Shown piece after piece: positions 39,476 to 59,096 of a DNA stretch of 64,000 nt. The notes under the pieces are model-generated. The model was not told where the DNA came from, made no database searches, and worked only from the letters and a program-made list of their open reading frames with translations. The position numbers and the translations under genes were made by a program. The DNA is from Escherichia coli (lineage in GTDB: Bacteria > Pseudomonadota > Gammaproteobacteria > Enterobacterales > Enterobacteriaceae). The DNA lies in the NCBI RefSeq assembly GCF_050920415.1, contig NZ_CP169309.1, one strand, 5' to 3'. Numbering within the stretch: the first letter of the stretch is position 1; each line of letters opens with the position of its first letter.

Positions 39476-41176
39476 ATGCGACTGCTCAACCGTCTTAACC
39501 AGTATCAACGTCTGTGGCAACCTTCCGCCGGAAAGCCGCAAACCGTCACCGTCAGCGAACTGGCCGAACGCTGTTTTTGCAGCGAACGCCATGTTCGTAC
39601 TCTGTTACGCCAGGCACAGGAGGCGGGATGGCTGGAGTGGCAGGCGCAGTCAGGACGCGGAAAGCGCGGTCAACTACGCTTTCTGGTCACGCCGAAATCG
39701 CTACGCAATGCGATGATGGAACAGGCGCTGGAAACCGGAAAGCAGCAAGATGTGCTGGAGCTGGCGCAACTGGCCCCAGGTGAGCTGCGCACTCTGTTAC
39801 AGCCGTTTATGGGCGGACAATGGCAAAACGACACGCCAACGTTGCGTATTCCCTACTATCGCCCGCTCGAACCGTTACAACCGGGCTTTTTGCCCGGCCG
39901 TGCCGAGCAGCATCTCGCCGGGCAAATATTTTCCGGCCTGACCCGCTTCGATAATCATACCCAGCGCCCGATTGGCGATTTAGCGCATCACTGGGAAACC
40001 TCTACTGACGGGTTACGCTGGGACTTTTATATTCGCTCAACCCTACACTGGCATAACGGCGATGCAGTAAAAGCCACACAGTTACACCAGCGGTTAATGA
40101 TGCTGTTACAGCTGCCGGCACTGCATCAATTATTTATTAGCGTGAAGCGTATTGAAGTCACCCATCCGCAGTGTCTGACCTTCTTTTTACATCGCCCTGA
40201 TTACTGGCTTGCGCACCGGCTGGCGAGCTATTGCAGCCATCTGGCGCATCCGCAATTCCCCCTGATCGGCACTGGTCCTTTTCGCTTAACACAATTCACA
40301 GCGGAACTGGTGCGCCTGGAGAGTCATGATTATTACCATTTACGTCATCCGCTGCTTAAAGCGGTTGAGTACTGGATAACTCCGCCGCTTTTCGAAAAAG
40401 ATTTGGGAACCAGTTGTCGGCATCCCGTGCAAATCACTATCGGCAAACCTGAGGAGCTGCAACGGGTCAGCCAGGTCAGTAGTGGCATCAGTTTAGGTTT
40501 TTGCTATTTAACGTTGCGCAAAAGTCCCCGACTGTCCCTCTGGCAGGCGCGAAAAGTGATCTCCATTATTCATCAATCCGGTTTATTACAAACGTTAGAA
40601 GTCGGAGAAAACCTGATCACCGCCAGTCATGCATTACTGCCTGGCTGGACTATTCCACAATGGCAAGTACCGGATGAAGTCAAACTACCGAAAACCTTGA
40701 CGCTGGTTTACCACCTGCCGATAGAACTTCATACCATGGCAGAACGCTTACAGGCGACGCTGGCCGCGGAAGGCTGTGAACTTACAATTATTTTTCATAA
40801 CGCAAAAAACTGGGACGACACGACCCTACTGGCACACGCAGACCTCATGATGGGCGACAGGTTAATTGGCGAAGCGCCGGAATATACCCTGGAGCAATGG
40901 CTGCGATGCGATCCGCTGTGGCCACATGTTTTCGACGCTCCAGCATTTTCACATCTGCAATCGACACTGAACGCAGTGCAAGTAATGCCTGATGAGGAAA
41001 ACCGATTTAATGCCCTGAAAACGGTCTTTAGCCAGTTAATGGCAGACGCGACACTGACGCCGCTGTTCAACTATCACTATCGCATTAGCGCTCCACCCGG
41101 CGTGAATGGTGTGCGACTGACTCCGCGCGGCTGGTTTGAATTTACCGAAGCCTGGCTTCCCGCACCGTCACAATGA
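39476..41176 (+). CDS. ybaE: Conserved protein YbaE (566 aa), solute-binding-protein-like fold, function unknown
   Basis: Start MRLLNRLNQYQ chosen for K-12 length; syntenic position. Confidence 0.75.
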   Translation: MRLLNRLNQYQRLWQPSAGKPQTVTVSELAERCFCSERHVRTLLRQAQEAGWLEWQAQSGRGKRGQLRFLVTPKSLRNAMMEQALETGKQQDVLELAQLAPGELRTLLQPFMGGQWQNDTPTLRIPYYRPLEPLQPGFLPGRAEQHLAGQIFSGLTRFDNHTQRPIGDLAHHWETSTDGLRWDFYIRSTLHWHNGDAVKATQLHQRLMMLLQLPALHQLFISVKRIEVTHPQCLTFFLHRPDYWLAHRLASYCSHLAHPQFPLIGTGPFRLTQFTAELVRLESHDYYHLRHPLLKAVEYWITPPLFEKDLGTSCRHPVQITIGKPEELQRVSQVSSGISLGFCYLTLRKSPRLSLWQARKVISIIHQSGLLQTLEVGENLITASHALLPGWTIPQWQVPDEVKLPKTLTLVYHLPIELHTMAERLQATLAAEGCELTIIFHNAKNWDDTTLLAHADLMMGDRLIGEAPEYTLEQWLRCDPLWPHVFDAPAFSHLQSTLNAVQVMPDEENRFNALKTVFSQLMADATLTPLFNYHYRISAPPGVNGVRLTPRGWFEFTEAWLPAPSQ

Positions 41177-41240
41177 ATAGCTGGTCCGGGTTAATCGCAG
41201 GCGTTACCATAACGCTTTTATTGTTCAAGCAGGATTATCT

Positions 41241-41936
41241 ATGAAACGTGCTGTCGTTGTGTTCAGTGGAGGCCAGGATTCCTCCACCTGTCTGGTGCAG
41301 GCATTACAACAATATGATGAAGTCCATTGCGTGACGTTCGATTACGGTCAGCGACATCGCGCGGAAATCGACGTGGCACGCGAACTGGCGCTGAAACTGG
41401 GGGCACGCGCGCATAAGGTTCTTGATGTAACGCTGCTCAACGAGCTGGCGGTCAGCAGCCTGACGCGTGACAGCATTCCGGTGCCTGATTATGAACCTGA
41501 AGCTGATGGCATCCCGAATACGTTTGTCCCTGGACGTAATATTTTGTTCCTGACACTGGCGGCAATATATGCGTATCAGGTAAAAGCAGAAGCCGTAATT
41601 ACCGGCGTCTGCGAAACGGATTTCTCCGGTTACCCGGATTGCCGCGATGAGTTTGTGAAAGCACTAAACCATGCCGTCAGTTTAGGCATGGCGAAAGATA
41701 TTCGTTTTGAAACGCCGCTGATGTGGATTGATAAAGCGGAAACCTGGGCGCTGGCTGATTATTACGGCAAACTAGATTTAGTCCGTAACGAAACGTTGAC
41801 CTGTTATAACGGCATTAAAGGCGACGGTTGCGGTCATTGTGCGGCGTGTAATTTACGCTCCAACGGTTTGCATCATTATCTGGCCGATAAACCGACGGTG
41901 ATGGCAGCGATGAAGCAGAAAACCGGGTTGAAGTAA
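41241..41936 (+). CDS. queC: 7-cyano-7-deazaguanine synthase QueC (231 aa)
   Basis: PP-loop SGGQDS and C-terminal Zn-binding cysteines (CGHCAAC). Confidence 0.9.
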   Translation: MKRAVVVFSGGQDSSTCLVQALQQYDEVHCVTFDYGQRHRAEIDVARELALKLGARAHKVLDVTLLNELAVSSLTRDSIPVPDYEPEADGIPNTFVPGRNILFLTLAAIYAYQVKAEAVITGVCETDFSGYPDCRDEFVKALNHAVSLGMAKDIRFETPLMWIDKAETWALADYYGKLDLVRNETLTCYNGIKGDGCGHCAACNLRSNGLHHYLADKPTVMAAMKQKTGLK

Positions 41937-41950
41937 TTATTCCGGGTGTC

Positions 41951-41975
41951 GCCGGATGCGGCTTGAGCATCCGGC
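41951..41975. repeat. REP-like 9-bp-stem hairpin between convergent queC and fadM
   Basis: GCCGGATGC-GGCTTGA-GCATCCGGC. Confidence 0.6.
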
Positions 41976-41987
41976 ACCACAAAACGT

Positions 41988-42386
41988 TTACTTAACCATC
42001 TGCTCCAGCTTTTCGCGCAATTCCCCTTCCAGAGCTAATGCTTTCTGCGTTTTAAGATCAATACAAACAAACGTAATAAGCGCATCCGCGACCACCTGCC
42101 CTTCCGGCTCCAGTGTAATGACCTGGCTTAAGATGCCGCTTTTACCGTTTAATTGCTGCAACTGACTGGTAATGGTTAACAGGTCGCTTAATACCGCCGG
42201 GCGACGATAATTAATATTGATATTGACCACGATGAAGGCAATGTTATGGGCGGTCATCCACTGGAAACTTTCGCTATTTTCTAGTCCATCCCAGCGGGCT
42301 TCTTCCAGAAATTCAAGGTAGCGGGCATTGTTAACGTGCTGGTAGACATCGAGATGATATCCACGAACTTTGATTTGTGTTTGCAT
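41988..42386 (-). CDS. fadM: Long-chain acyl-CoA thioesterase III FadM (132 aa)
   Basis: Hotdog-fold 132-aa ORF at the syntenic position. Confidence 0.85.
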   Translation of the reverse strand: MQTQIKVRGYHLDVYQHVNNARYLEFLEEARWDGLENSESFQWMTAHNIAFIVVNININYRRPAVLSDLLTITSQLQQLNGKSGILSQVITLEPEGQVVADALITFVCIDLKTQKALALEGELREKLEQMVK

Positions 42387-42439
42387 AGCGCAATAACCTT
42401 ACGTTGTTGTTATAAGAACTGTTATAAGTACAGAGGTCA

Positions 42440-42471
<32 letters not shown>

Positions 42472-42472
42472 T

Positions 42473-42905
<433 letters not shown>

Positions 42906-42919
42906 ACAGTGAAAACAGG

Positions 42920-44885
<1,966 letters not shown>

Positions 44886-45076
44886 GGTGTAACAACACTC
44901 CGCTGTAGATGACTGTGTACCTCACGCAACGTATCGATGCGCGCAAAGGCCTATTGTGACAAGAAACGGGGGCAATTGTCAGCCCACAAGACGCAGAAAG
45001 TCACCGAATACAAATAAAAAAGGCACATCAGTAGATGCGCCCTTGAACTTCGTCACATCCCCACTGGGGACAACGC

Positions 45077-45349
45077 TTAGTTTACCGCGTCTTTCAGTGC
45101 TTTACCTGCACGGAAGCTCGGTACTTTAGCGGCAGCGATGGTGATCTCTTTACCGGTCTGCGGGTTGCGGCCAGTACGGGCAGCACGCTCTTTAACGGCA
45201 AAAGTACCAAAACCTACCAGTGCTACATCATCCCCTTCTTTCAGAGATTCAGTTACGGAAGCAATAATAGCATCTAACGCACGGCCAGCCGCAGCTTTAG
45301 AGATATCAGCCCCTGCAGCAATCTTGTCGATCAATTGAGATTTATTCAC
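45077..45349 (-). CDS. hupB: DNA-binding protein HU-beta (90 aa)
   Basis: [27 protein letters not shown]...; HU signature. Confidence 0.95.
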
Positions 45350-45487
45350 TCTTCTCTTCCTCTTTATAATTTATATCGCACTTGAATCCTTCAAGGTACG
45401 AACGCGCAGCAGTTATATCAGGCCAGCCATCCCCTTACAACACCCCTTAATAAGGGCAAGCCCAATCCGCCATCTAACTTAGCGAGA

Positions 45488-45525
45488 CAAAAAAAGGCTG
45501 GCAAGTCCGAATTAGCCTGCCAGCC
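45488..45525 (-). terminator. Rho-independent terminator after lon
   Basis: GGCTGGCA...TGCCAGCC 8-bp stem with a T-run on the minus strand (A-run 45488-45495 on plus). Confidence 0.7.
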
Positions 45526-45557
45526 CTGTTTTTATTAGTGCATTTTGCGCGAGGTCA

Positions 45558-47912
45558 CTATTTTGCAGTCACAACCTGCATGCCAGACGGTTCATTTTGC
45601 AGCGCCAGAGTCAGAACTTCCTCAATGCGTTTCACAGGATGAATGTCCAGATCAGCAATTACGTTGTCAGGAATCTCTTCCAGATCGCGTTTATTTTCGA
45701 ACGGAATTAACACTGTTTTAATCCCGCCGCGATGCGCTGCCAGTAGTTTTTCTTTCAAACCACCGATCGGCAGTACCTGACCACGCAGAGTGATCTCACC
45801 GGTCATTGCCACATCGGCACGAACCGGGTTACCGGTCAGGCAAGAAACCAGCGCGGTGCACATAGCAATACCGGCACTCGGACCATCTTTCGGCGTCGCA
45901 CCTTCCGGTACGTGGACGTGGATGTCGCGTTTTTCGTAAAAATCAGGGTTGATCCCCAGTTTTTCCGCACGCGCACGAACCACCGTTAACGCCGCCTGAA
46001 TGGACTCTTGCATTACTTCGCCGAGCGAACCGGTATAGGTCAGTTTGCCTTTACCCGGAACGCACGCGGTTTCAATGGTCAGCAAGTCACCGCCCACTTC
46101 CGTCCACGCCAGACCAGTTACCTGACCGACACGGTTTTCGTTATCCGCGCGACCATAGTCGAAACGCTGAACACCGAGATAGTCGTGCAGGTTATCGCCG
46201 TTAATTTCGATATGTTTTAAAGACTTATCGAGCAACAACTGCTTAACCGCTTTACGGCACAGTTTGGAGATTTCACGCTCCAGGCCACGCACGCCCGCCT
46301 CACGGGTGTAGTAACGAATAATGCCGATAATGGCGCTATCGTCGACGGTCAGTTCACCTTTTTTCAGTGCATTACGTTCAATCTGCTTCGGCAGCAGGTG
46401 ACGTTTGGCGATGTTCAGTTTTTCATCTTCGGTATAACCGGAGAGGCGAATCACTTCCATACGATCCAGCAGCGGTGCCGGAATGTTCATGGAATTCGAC
46501 GTCGCGACAAACATCACGTCGCTGAGATCGTAATCCACTTCCAGGTAGTGGTCGCTGAACGCTACGTTCTGCTCTGGATCCAGCACTTCAAGCAGTGCGG
46601 AAGCCGGATCGCCTCGCATGTCAGAAGACATTTTGTCGATCTCATCGAGCAGGAACAGCGGGTTTTTCACGCCCACTTTCGCCATTTTCTGGATCAGTTT
46701 ACCCGGCATAGAACCGATGTAAGTACGGCGGTGACCACGGATTTCCGCTTCGTCACGCACGCCGCCCAGCGCCATACGAACATATTTACGTCCGGTAGCT
46801 TTGGCGATGGACTGACCAAGAGAAGTTTTACCTACCCCCGGCGGCCCTACCAGGCAGAGGATCGGTCCCTTGATTTTGTTGACACGGCTTTGAACCGCAA
46901 GATACTCAAGGATGCGATCTTTCACGCGCTCCAGACCATAATGGTCGGTATCAAGGATTTCCTGCGCCTGACGCAGGTCTTTTTTGACCTTGCTACGCGC
47001 ATTCCACGGTACCTGTACCATCCAGTCGATATAACCACGCACTACGGTCGCTTCTGCCGACATCGGAGACATCATTTTCAGCTTCTGCAACTCTGCTTCC
47101 GCTTTCTCTTTTGCCTCTTTCGGCATTTTCGCCGCGTCGATTTTGCGCTTCAGTGCTTCGTTTTCGTCCGGCGCATCGTCCATTTCGCCGAGTTCTTTCT
47201 GAATAGCTTTCATTTGCTCGTTCAGATAGTACTCACGCTGGGATTTCTCCATCTGCTTTTTAACGCGGTTGCGAATGCGTTTCTCAACCTGCAGCAGATC
47301 GATTTCCGATTCCATCATCGCCATCAGATATTCCAGACGTTCGTTGACGTCGGACATCTCAAGCACGGACTGTTTGTCAGCCAGTTTCAGCGGCATATGC
47401 GCAGCAATGGTATCCGCCAGACGCGCCGGATCGTCGATGCTGTTCAGCGACGTCAGCACTTCTGGTGGAATTTTTTTGTTCAGCTTGATGTAGCCTTCGA
47501 ACTGGCTGATTGCAGTACGCACCAGCACTTCCTGTTCCCGCTCATCAATGGTCGGCGACTCCAGATACTCCGCCTTCGCAGAAAAGTGTTCGCCATTGTC
47601 AGAGAGCGCAGAAATACGCGCGCGCTGTAACCCCTCGACCAGCACTTTGACGGTGCCGTCAGGCAGTTTCAGCATCTGCAATATAGAGGCCACGGTCCCG
47701 ACGGTGAAAAGATCGTTTACACCCGGCTCATCCGTTGAAGCTTCTTTCTGCGCGACCAGCATAATTTTTTTATCATGGTCCATCGCCGCTTCCAGACAAC
47801 GGATAGATTTTTCCCGCCCGACAAATAAGGGGATGACCATGTGCGGATAAACCACCACATCGCGCAGCGGCAATACGGGGATTTCAATGCGTTCAGAACG
47901 CTCAGGATTCAT
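45558..47912 (-). CDS. lon: ATP-dependent Lon protease (784 aa)
   Basis: Starts [37 protein letters not shown]; Walker [10 protein letters not shown]; catalytic Ser in PKDGPSAG. Confidence 0.95.
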   Translation of the reverse strand: MNPERSERIEIPVLPLRDVVVYPHMVIPLFVGREKSIRCLEAAMDHDKKIMLVAQKEASTDEPGVNDLFTVGTVASILQMLKLPDGTVKVLVEGLQRARISALSDNGEHFSAKAEYLESPTIDEREQEVLVRTAISQFEGYIKLNKKIPPEVLTSLNSIDDPARLADTIAAHMPLKLADKQSVLEMSDVNERLEYLMAMMESEIDLLQVEKRIRNRVKKQMEKSQREYYLNEQMKAIQKELGEMDDAPDENEALKRKIDAAKMPKEAKEKAEAELQKLKMMSPMSAEATVVRGYIDWMVQVPWNARSKVKKDLRQAQEILDTDHYGLERVKDRILEYLAVQSRVNKIKGPILCLVGPPGVGKTSLGQSIAKATGRKYVRMALGGVRDEAEIRGHRRTYIGSMPGKLIQKMAKVGVKNPLFLLDEIDKMSSDMRGDPASALLEVLDPEQNVAFSDHYLEVDYDLSDVMFVATSNSMNIPAPLLDRMEVIRLSGYTEDEKLNIAKRHLLPKQIERNALKKGELTVDDSAIIGIIRYYTREAGVRGLEREISKLCRKAVKQLLLDKSLKHIEINGDNLHDYLGVQRFDYGRADNENRVGQVTGLAWTEVGGDLLTIETACVPGKGKLTYTGSLGEVMQESIQAALTVVRARAEKLGINPDFYEKRDIHVHVPEGATPKDGPSAGIAMCTALVSCLTGNPVRADVAMTGEITLRGQVLPIGGLKEKLLAAHRGGIKTVLIPFENKRDLEEIPDNVIADLDIHPVKRIEEVLTLALQNEPSGMQVVTAK

Positions 47913-47995
47913 AGAGCTCTCTCTTAGTTTAATTTCCGCCAGGTAATCAGATGACACGACTGTGCTTCACGCCATCTATTAACATGTACGTCAGT

Positions 47996-48024
47996 ATATG
48001 GGGATGTTTCCCCCACATTCAACG
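47996..48024 (-). promoter_or_regulatory. Sigma32 heat-shock promoter of lon: -35 GTTGAATG, 14-nt spacer, -10 CCCCATAT
   Basis: Minus strand reads GGCGTTGAATGTGGGGGAAACATCCCCATATACTGACG. Confidence 0.75.
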
Positions 48025-48037
48025 CCGAGAATAGAGG

Positions 48038-48071
48038 AAAAATTAAAGGGGAGATAAAATCCCCCCTTTTT
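48038..48071 (-). terminator. Hairpin terminator between clpX and lon
   Basis: GGGGAGA-TAAAA-TCCCCCC stem with T-rich flanks on both strands. Confidence 0.6.
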
Positions 48072-48099
48072 GGTTAACTAATTGTATGGGAATGGTTAA

Positions 48100-49374
48100 T
48101 TATTCACCAGATGCCTGTTGCGCTTCCGGCTTGCCATAAATCAGCAACGGTTTGCTTTGACCATCAATTACCGACTCGTCGATAACCACTTTCTCGACAT
48201 CTTCCATGGACGGCAGATCGTACATGGTATCGAGCAGTGCGGCTTCTACGATGGAACGCAGGCCACGGGCACCGGTTTTACGCGCCATCGCTTTCTTAGC
48301 GATAGCATCCAGCGCCTCGTCACGGAATTCCAGATCCACGCCTTCCAGATTAAACAGCGCCTGATACTGCTTGGTCAGGGCGTTTTTCGGCTCTTTGAGG
48401 ATCTGAATCAGAGCTTCTTCGCTCAGTTCATTCAACGTTGCGACAACCGGCAGACGACCAATGAACTCAGGGATCAGACCAAACTTGATCAGATCTTCCG
48501 GTTCAACCTGCGCCAGCAGCTCGCCTTCACTTGCTTTGTCAGATTTCGCTTTTACCGTCGCGCCAAAACCAATGCCGGAGCCTGTTTCTACACGATGGGA
48601 AATCACTTTATCCAGACCGGCAAACGCACCGCCACAGATAAACAGGATCTTAGAAGTATCAACCTGCAAGAATTCCTGCTGCGGATGTTTACGCCCACCT
48701 TGCGGCGGAACAGCAGCTACCGTACCTTCGATCAGTTTCAACAGTGCCTGCTGTACGCCTTCACCGGAAACGTCTCGGGTAATGGACGGGTTGTCTGACT
48801 TACGAGAAATCTTGTCGATTTCATCGATGTAGACAATCCCGCGCTGCGCTTTCTGTACGTCGTAATCGCACTTTTGCAACAGCTTCTGAATGATGTTTTC
48901 AACGTCTTCGCCCACATAACCGGCTTCGGTCAGCGTGGTTGCATCGGCCATGGTGAACGGGACGTCCAGCAGGCGCGCCAGCGTTTCGGCCAGCAGCGTT
49001 TTACCGGAACCGGTCGGACCGATCAGCAGAATGTTACTTTTGCCCAACTCGACACCATTGCTGGTATCTCCGTTGCGCAGACGTTTGTAGTGGTTGTATA
49101 CCGCGACCGCCAGCACTTTTTTCGCCTGTTCCTGACCGATAACGTAATCGTCCAGGTGGTTGCGAATTTCATGCGGCGTCGGTAGCGCACTGCGTTCACG
49201 ATGCGGTGCAACTTCTTTAATCTCTTCGCGAATGATGTCGTTACATAAATCAACACATTCGTCGCAGATATACACGGATGGACCGGCAATCAGCTTGCGC
49301 ACTTCATGCTGGCTTTTGCCGCAAAAAGAGCAATACAGCAATTTGCCTGAGCCATCTTTGCGTTTATCTGTCAT
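48100..49374 (-). CDS. clpX: ATP-dependent Clp protease ATPase subunit ClpX (424 aa)
   Basis: N-terminal C4 zinc finger (CSFCGK...CDEC) and Walker A GPTGSGKT. Confidence 0.95.
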
Positions 49375-49500
49375 GGGTCAAAACCTCTTCTTTGTTCTTT
49401 GTGCCGCACACGACGACGCAAATGCCATTCTCAGGCGCAAGCCGCTTTATAGCGTTGTGCCGCCCTGGATAAGTATAGCGGCACAGTTGCGCCTCTGGCA

Positions 49501-50124
49501 TCAATTACGATGGGTCAGAATCGAATCGACCAGACCGTATTCCACCGCTTCAGGGGCGGAAAGGAAGCGATCGCGCTCGGTGTCACGTTCAATCTGTTCT
49601 AATGATTGACCCGTATGAAGCGCCATAAGTTCATTCATACGCCCTTTAACTTTCAGAATTTCACGGGCATGAATTTCGATATCGGTCGCCTGGCCCTGGT
49701 AGCCGCCCAACGGCTGGTGAATCATCACGCGCGAATTCGGCAGGCAGAAACGTTTACCTTTTGCCCCTGCAGTCAGCAAGAAAGCGCCCATCGAAGCCGC
49801 CTGGCCCATACAGATGGTGCTGACATCAGGCTTGATAAACTGCATGGTGTCATAGATAGACATCCCGGCAGTGATCACCCCGCCTGGGGAGTTAATGTAC
49901 AGATAGATATCTTTTTCTGGGTTTTCTGCTTCCAGGAACAGCATCTGCGCCACAATCAAGTTAGCCATGTGGTCTTCAACCTGGCCAGTCAGAAAAATGA
50001 CGCGTTCCTTAAGTAGACGAGAATAGATATCAAAAGAGCGCTCACCACGTGAGGTCTGTTCAATGACCATCGGCACCAGCGCCATATGGGGTGCAAAGTT
50101 ATCTCGTTCGCCGCTGTATGACAT
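49501..50124 (-). CDS. clpP: ATP-dependent Clp protease proteolytic subunit ClpP (207 aa)
   Basis: Full-length ORF with Ser-His-Asp protease motifs (GQAASMGA). Confidence 0.95.
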   Translation of the reverse strand: MSYSGERDNFAPHMALVPMVIEQTSRGERSFDIYSRLLKERVIFLTGQVEDHMANLIVAQMLFLEAENPEKDIYLYINSPGGVITAGMSIYDTMQFIKPDVSTICMGQAASMGAFLLTAGAKGKRFCLPNSRVMIHQPLGGYQGQATDIEIHAREILKVKGRMNELMALHTGQSLEQIERDTERDRFLSAPEAVEYGLVDSILTHRN

Positions 50125-50303
50125 TTCCGTCTCCTGGATAAAATTGAAAAAACCTGCTGTACCGATTGTAACCTTATGGACGGATTATCAGCTAGTCCCT
50201 GTGTTATGGGTACGGCATCACCATATTTCAAGCATAACAATCTTTTGTTGTTACGCTAACACCGAAAGAGGCTTTTCGCACGGTTCCATGCAAAATTCAT
50301 GAC

Positions 50304-50336
50304 AAAAAAAGGCCCACCACCTGGCGGTGATGGGCC
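50304..50336 (-). terminator. Rho-independent terminator after tig
   Basis: GGCCCA...TGGGCC stem followed on the minus strand by a T-run (plus-strand A-run 50304-50310). Confidence 0.75.
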
Positions 50337-50369
50337 TTTGTGCGAATTTAGCGCGTTATGCTGCGAAAA

Positions 50370-51677
<1,308 letters not shown>

Positions 51678-51930
51678 TCAAAAAATCACAGTGCTCGGTC
51701 AACTCTTACCCCGCAAGCACAGGTTGTTGGCTTCGCGGAACCGGGATGTTCTTATAATCAATCACATTCCCTGTTACCAGAATCATCCCGAAAGCATTCA
51801 AATAGGACGCGGCATTATAGCGGCATCACTTTTATGAGTCGAGAACGGTTATTGCGCGCTGTCGCGTATTTTTTCACAATTCCCGGGCAATTTTCGTCTG
51901 AATGCTGGGCAAAAAGCGCAAAATCCAGAC

Positions 51931-51958
51931 AAAACAAAACGGCCCGCAGGCCGTTTTT
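51931..51958. terminator. Bidirectional terminator downstream of bolA (CGGCC-CGCA-GGCCG flanked by A-run and T-run)
   Basis: Hairpin with runs on both sides. Confidence 0.65.
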
Positions 51959-52011
51959 CATAAAATCTTTAGCAACATACTGGAAAAGCGCCGACAGTTG
52001 CAAATGCGTTT

Positions 52012-52329
52012 TTACGCGATGCTTCCTGCTCCACGACAGGGAGGAGAGGCAAAGACGGTGTCCTGCAACCCTTCCCACTCCTTAATAGTGTAAGTATGCA
52101 GAGCCAGCGCATGAACGGTAGTAGAGAGTTCCTCCGCTAAAGTACTGTAAATCATTCGATGACGATTCAGAAAACGTTCACCCGTAAAACGATCGCTGAC
52201 CAGCACAACTTTAAAATGGCTTTCAGAGCCGGCTGGGACATTGTGACGATAGCTTTCATCCACTACTTCGAGGAATACGGGTTGGAACGCCGCCCTTAAT
52301 TTTTCTTCTATCCGCTCACGTATCATCAT
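52012..52329 (-). CDS. bolA: Stress-response morphogene regulator BolA (105 aa)
   Basis: Starts [31 protein letters not shown]. Confidence 0.9.
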
Positions 52330-52633
52330 GAAATATCTCCTCCGACAACGCTGAGATGTCATCCATCCCTTTAAATACTAGCCGCTTTTACCGTTTCCAT
52401 TGCAGCTTAACAACAAATATTTAGGTTTCGTCCTGGTTTTTCCGTCAAGCGTATGAAGTTTACTGATTTAAAGATTGAAACACAGGCCTCGCATCAGCGT
52501 TTCTTTTACCAGGGGCGATTATTTCGTCAACATGATGAATTTACATGCCTTACCCACTTCCCCTCGCCGTTGGCAATGTTATGATGGCGGGAATTTTTAC
52601 CAAACACGCTTAAGAGTCTCTGAGAGCCCGAAC

Positions 52634-53212
52634 ATGTTCAAAAAAATCCTCTTCCCGTTAGTTGCTCTGTTTATGCTTGCAGGATGCGCAAAACCGCCAA
52701 CAACTATTGAAGTTTCTCCGACGATAACGCTGCCACAACAAGATCCAAGTCTGATGGGCGTCACCGTCAGCATTAATGGTGCTGATCAGCGTACCGATCA
52801 GGCGCTGGCAAAAGTTACCCGCGATAATCAAATCGTTACCCTGACAGCCTCCCGCGATCTGCGTTTCCTGCTGCAAGAAGTGCTGGAAAAACAGATGACC
52901 GCGCGTGGTTACATGGTTGGTCCGAATGGCCCGGTTAATCTGCAAATCATCGTTAGCCAACTGTATGCTGACGTGTCCCAGGGCAACGTGCGCTATAACA
53001 TCGCCACCAAAGCGGATATCGCTATCATCGCTACCGCGCAGAATGGCAACAAAATGACCAAAAACTATCGTGCCAGCTACAACGTTGAAGGTGCGTTCCA
53101 GGCCTCCAACAAAAATATCGCCGATGCGGTTAACAGTGTGCTGACCGATACCATCGCTGATATGTCTCAGGACACCAGCATCCACGAATTCATCAAGCAG
53201 AACGCGCGTTAA
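52634..53212 (+). CDS. yajG: Lipoprotein YajG (192 aa)
   Basis: Starts MFKKILFPLVALFMLAGC (lipobox); track ORF is an upstream extension. Confidence 0.8.
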   Translation: MFKKILFPLVALFMLAGCAKPPTTIEVSPTITLPQQDPSLMGVTVSINGADQRTDQALAKVTRDNQIVTLTASRDLRFLLQEVLEKQMTARGYMVGPNGPVNLQIIVSQLYADVSQGNVRYNIATKADIAIIATAQNGNKMTKNYRASYNVEGAFQASNKNIADAVNSVLTDTIADMSQDTSIHEFIKQNAR

Positions 53213-53255
53213 TTTCTGCCCTCTGGCCCGGTGCAAGCCGGGCCTGTAGACGCCC

Positions 53256-54731
53256 ATGTCCAGTCAATATTTACGTATTTTTCAACAGCCACGTTCAGCC
53301 ATATTGCTGATTCTGGGTTTTGCTTCCGGGCTACCGCTCGCCCTGACATCCGGCACCTTACAGGCCTGGATGACGGTCGAGAATATCGATCTTAAAACCA
53401 TTGGTTTCTTCTCTCTGGTAGGCCAGGCTTACGTTTTTAAATTCCTCTGGTCACCGCTGATGGACCGCTACACGCCCCCATTTTTCGGGCGGCGGCGCGG
53501 TTGGTTGCTCGCCACACAAATCCTGTTATTAGTCGCTATTGCGGCGATGGGGTTTCTCGAACCTGGCACCCAACTCCGCTGGATGGCGGCGCTGGCAGTA
53601 GTGATTGCTTTTTGCTCTGCATCCCAGGATATCGTCTTCGATGCGTGGAAAACCGATGTGCTCCCGGCAGAAGAGCGTGGTGCGGGCGCGGCAATCAGCG
53701 TGCTGGGGTATCGTCTGGGGATGCTGGTTTCCGGCGGGTTAGCCCTGTGGCTGGCAGATAAATGGCTGGGCTGGCAGGGCATGTACTGGTTGATGGCGGC
53801 GCTGTTGATCCCCTGTATTATCGCGACGTTGCTTGCACCAGAACCAACCGACACCATTCCTGTGCCAAAAACGCTGGAACAAGCGGTTGTTGCACCTCTG
53901 CGCGATTTCTTTGGTCGCAATAACGCGTGGCTTATTTTGCTTCTTATCGTGCTGTATAAGCTGGGCGACGCATTCGCCATGAGCCTGACAACCACGTTTT
54001 TGATTCGCGGCGTCGGGTTTGATGCAGGTGAAGTAGGCGTGGTTAACAAAACGCTTGGCTTGCTGGCGACCATTGTTGGCGCGTTGTACGGTGGGATTTT
54101 GATGCAGCGCCTGTCACTGTTCCGGGCACTGCTGATTTTCGGCATTTTACAAGGTGCATCTAACGCCGGTTACTGGCTGCTGTCGGTTACTGATAAGCAT
54201 CTCTACAGCATGGGCGCAGCCGTCTTTTTCGAAAACCTCTGTGGCGGGATGGGTACATCAGCCTTTGTCGCGCTGTTAATGACGCTGTGTAATAAGTCCT
54301 TTTCTGCGACGCAGTTTGCCTTGCTCTCAGCGCTTTCTGCTGTAGGGCGAGTTTATGTCGGCCCCGTGGCAGGTTGGTTTGTTGAATCACACGGTTGGTC
54401 GACGTTCTATCTTTTTTCCGTCGCCGCCGCCGTACCAGGGCTTATTTTATTGCTGGTTTGCCGCCAGACGCTTGAATATACACGGGTAAATGACAACTTT
54501 ATCTCCCGCACCGAGTATCCGTCAGGTTATGCCTTTGCCATGTGGACACTGGCGGCGGGCGTCAGCCTGTTGACCGTGTGGTTACTGCTGTTGACGATGG
54601 ACGCGCTGGATTTGACGCACTTCTCTTTTCTGCCTGCTCTGCTGGAAGTCGGGGTTTTAGTCGCCCTTTCTGGCGTCGTGCTTGGTGGTTTGCTGGATTA
54701 TCTGGCGCTACGAAAAACGCATCTGACGTAA
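53256..54731 (+). CDS. ampG: Muropeptide (anhydromuropeptide) MFS permease AmpG (491 aa)
   Basis: Polytopic MFS ORF at the syntenic position upstream of the cyo operon. Confidence 0.9.
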   Translation: MSSQYLRIFQQPRSAILLILGFASGLPLALTSGTLQAWMTVENIDLKTIGFFSLVGQAYVFKFLWSPLMDRYTPPFFGRRRGWLLATQILLLVAIAAMGFLEPGTQLRWMAALAVVIAFCSASQDIVFDAWKTDVLPAEERGAGAAISVLGYRLGMLVSGGLALWLADKWLGWQGMYWLMAALLIPCIIATLLAPEPTDTIPVPKTLEQAVVAPLRDFFGRNNAWLILLLIVLYKLGDAFAMSLTTTFLIRGVGFDAGEVGVVNKTLGLLATIVGALYGGILMQRLSLFRALLIFGILQGASNAGYWLLSVTDKHLYSMGAAVFFENLCGGMGTSAFVALLMTLCNKSFSATQFALLSALSAVGRVYVGPVAGWFVESHGWSTFYLFSVAAAVPGLILLLVCRQTLEYTRVNDNFISRTEYPSGYAFAMWTLAAGVSLLTVWLLLLTMDALDLTHFSFLPALLEVGVLVALSGVVLGGLLDYLALRKTHLT

Positions 54732-55191
54732 TCTGTAAATATTATTTAGCTGTAGTAATCACTCGCCGTAATTATTACGGCTAAATAAACATCAGCATCG
54801 CTTATTAATATTTGTTCTTTTGTGCGGCTTAGTGTTTGGAAATTATTGACGCCATTTATGAATTCTATTTTTTCTTACACGATTCAGCTAATGAGACTTT
54901 ATTTCCCCACCACCCAATTGTCACCTTAATGATAATTATTTGTTAAATAAATGTTTTATTTAGCATTGATTATACCAATTGCCCGCTCAGACTCCTTCTG
55001 CACTCCCCTTTCGTTATAACGCCCTTTTGCAACAGCTTCTTAAAATCAACTTGATATGTTTTGCAACATATGTGACCTGGCAGCCAAATCCAAGTAACAG
55101 GAATTTAATCATGTTTACAGTAATGTAACCTTCCCGTAAAATGCCCACACACTTTAAACGCCACCAGATCCCGTGGAATTGAGGTCGTTAA

Positions 55192-56139
<948 letters not shown>

Positions 56140-56148
56140 AGGGGTTGA

Positions 56149-59085
<2,937 letters not shown>

Positions 59086-59096
59086 GAGCGGCGGTT

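Noticed and set aside
46398-47630. 410-aa plus-strand ORF
   Set aside because: Antisense to lon; low-complexity, Arg/His/Phe-rich translation typical of an antisense frame.
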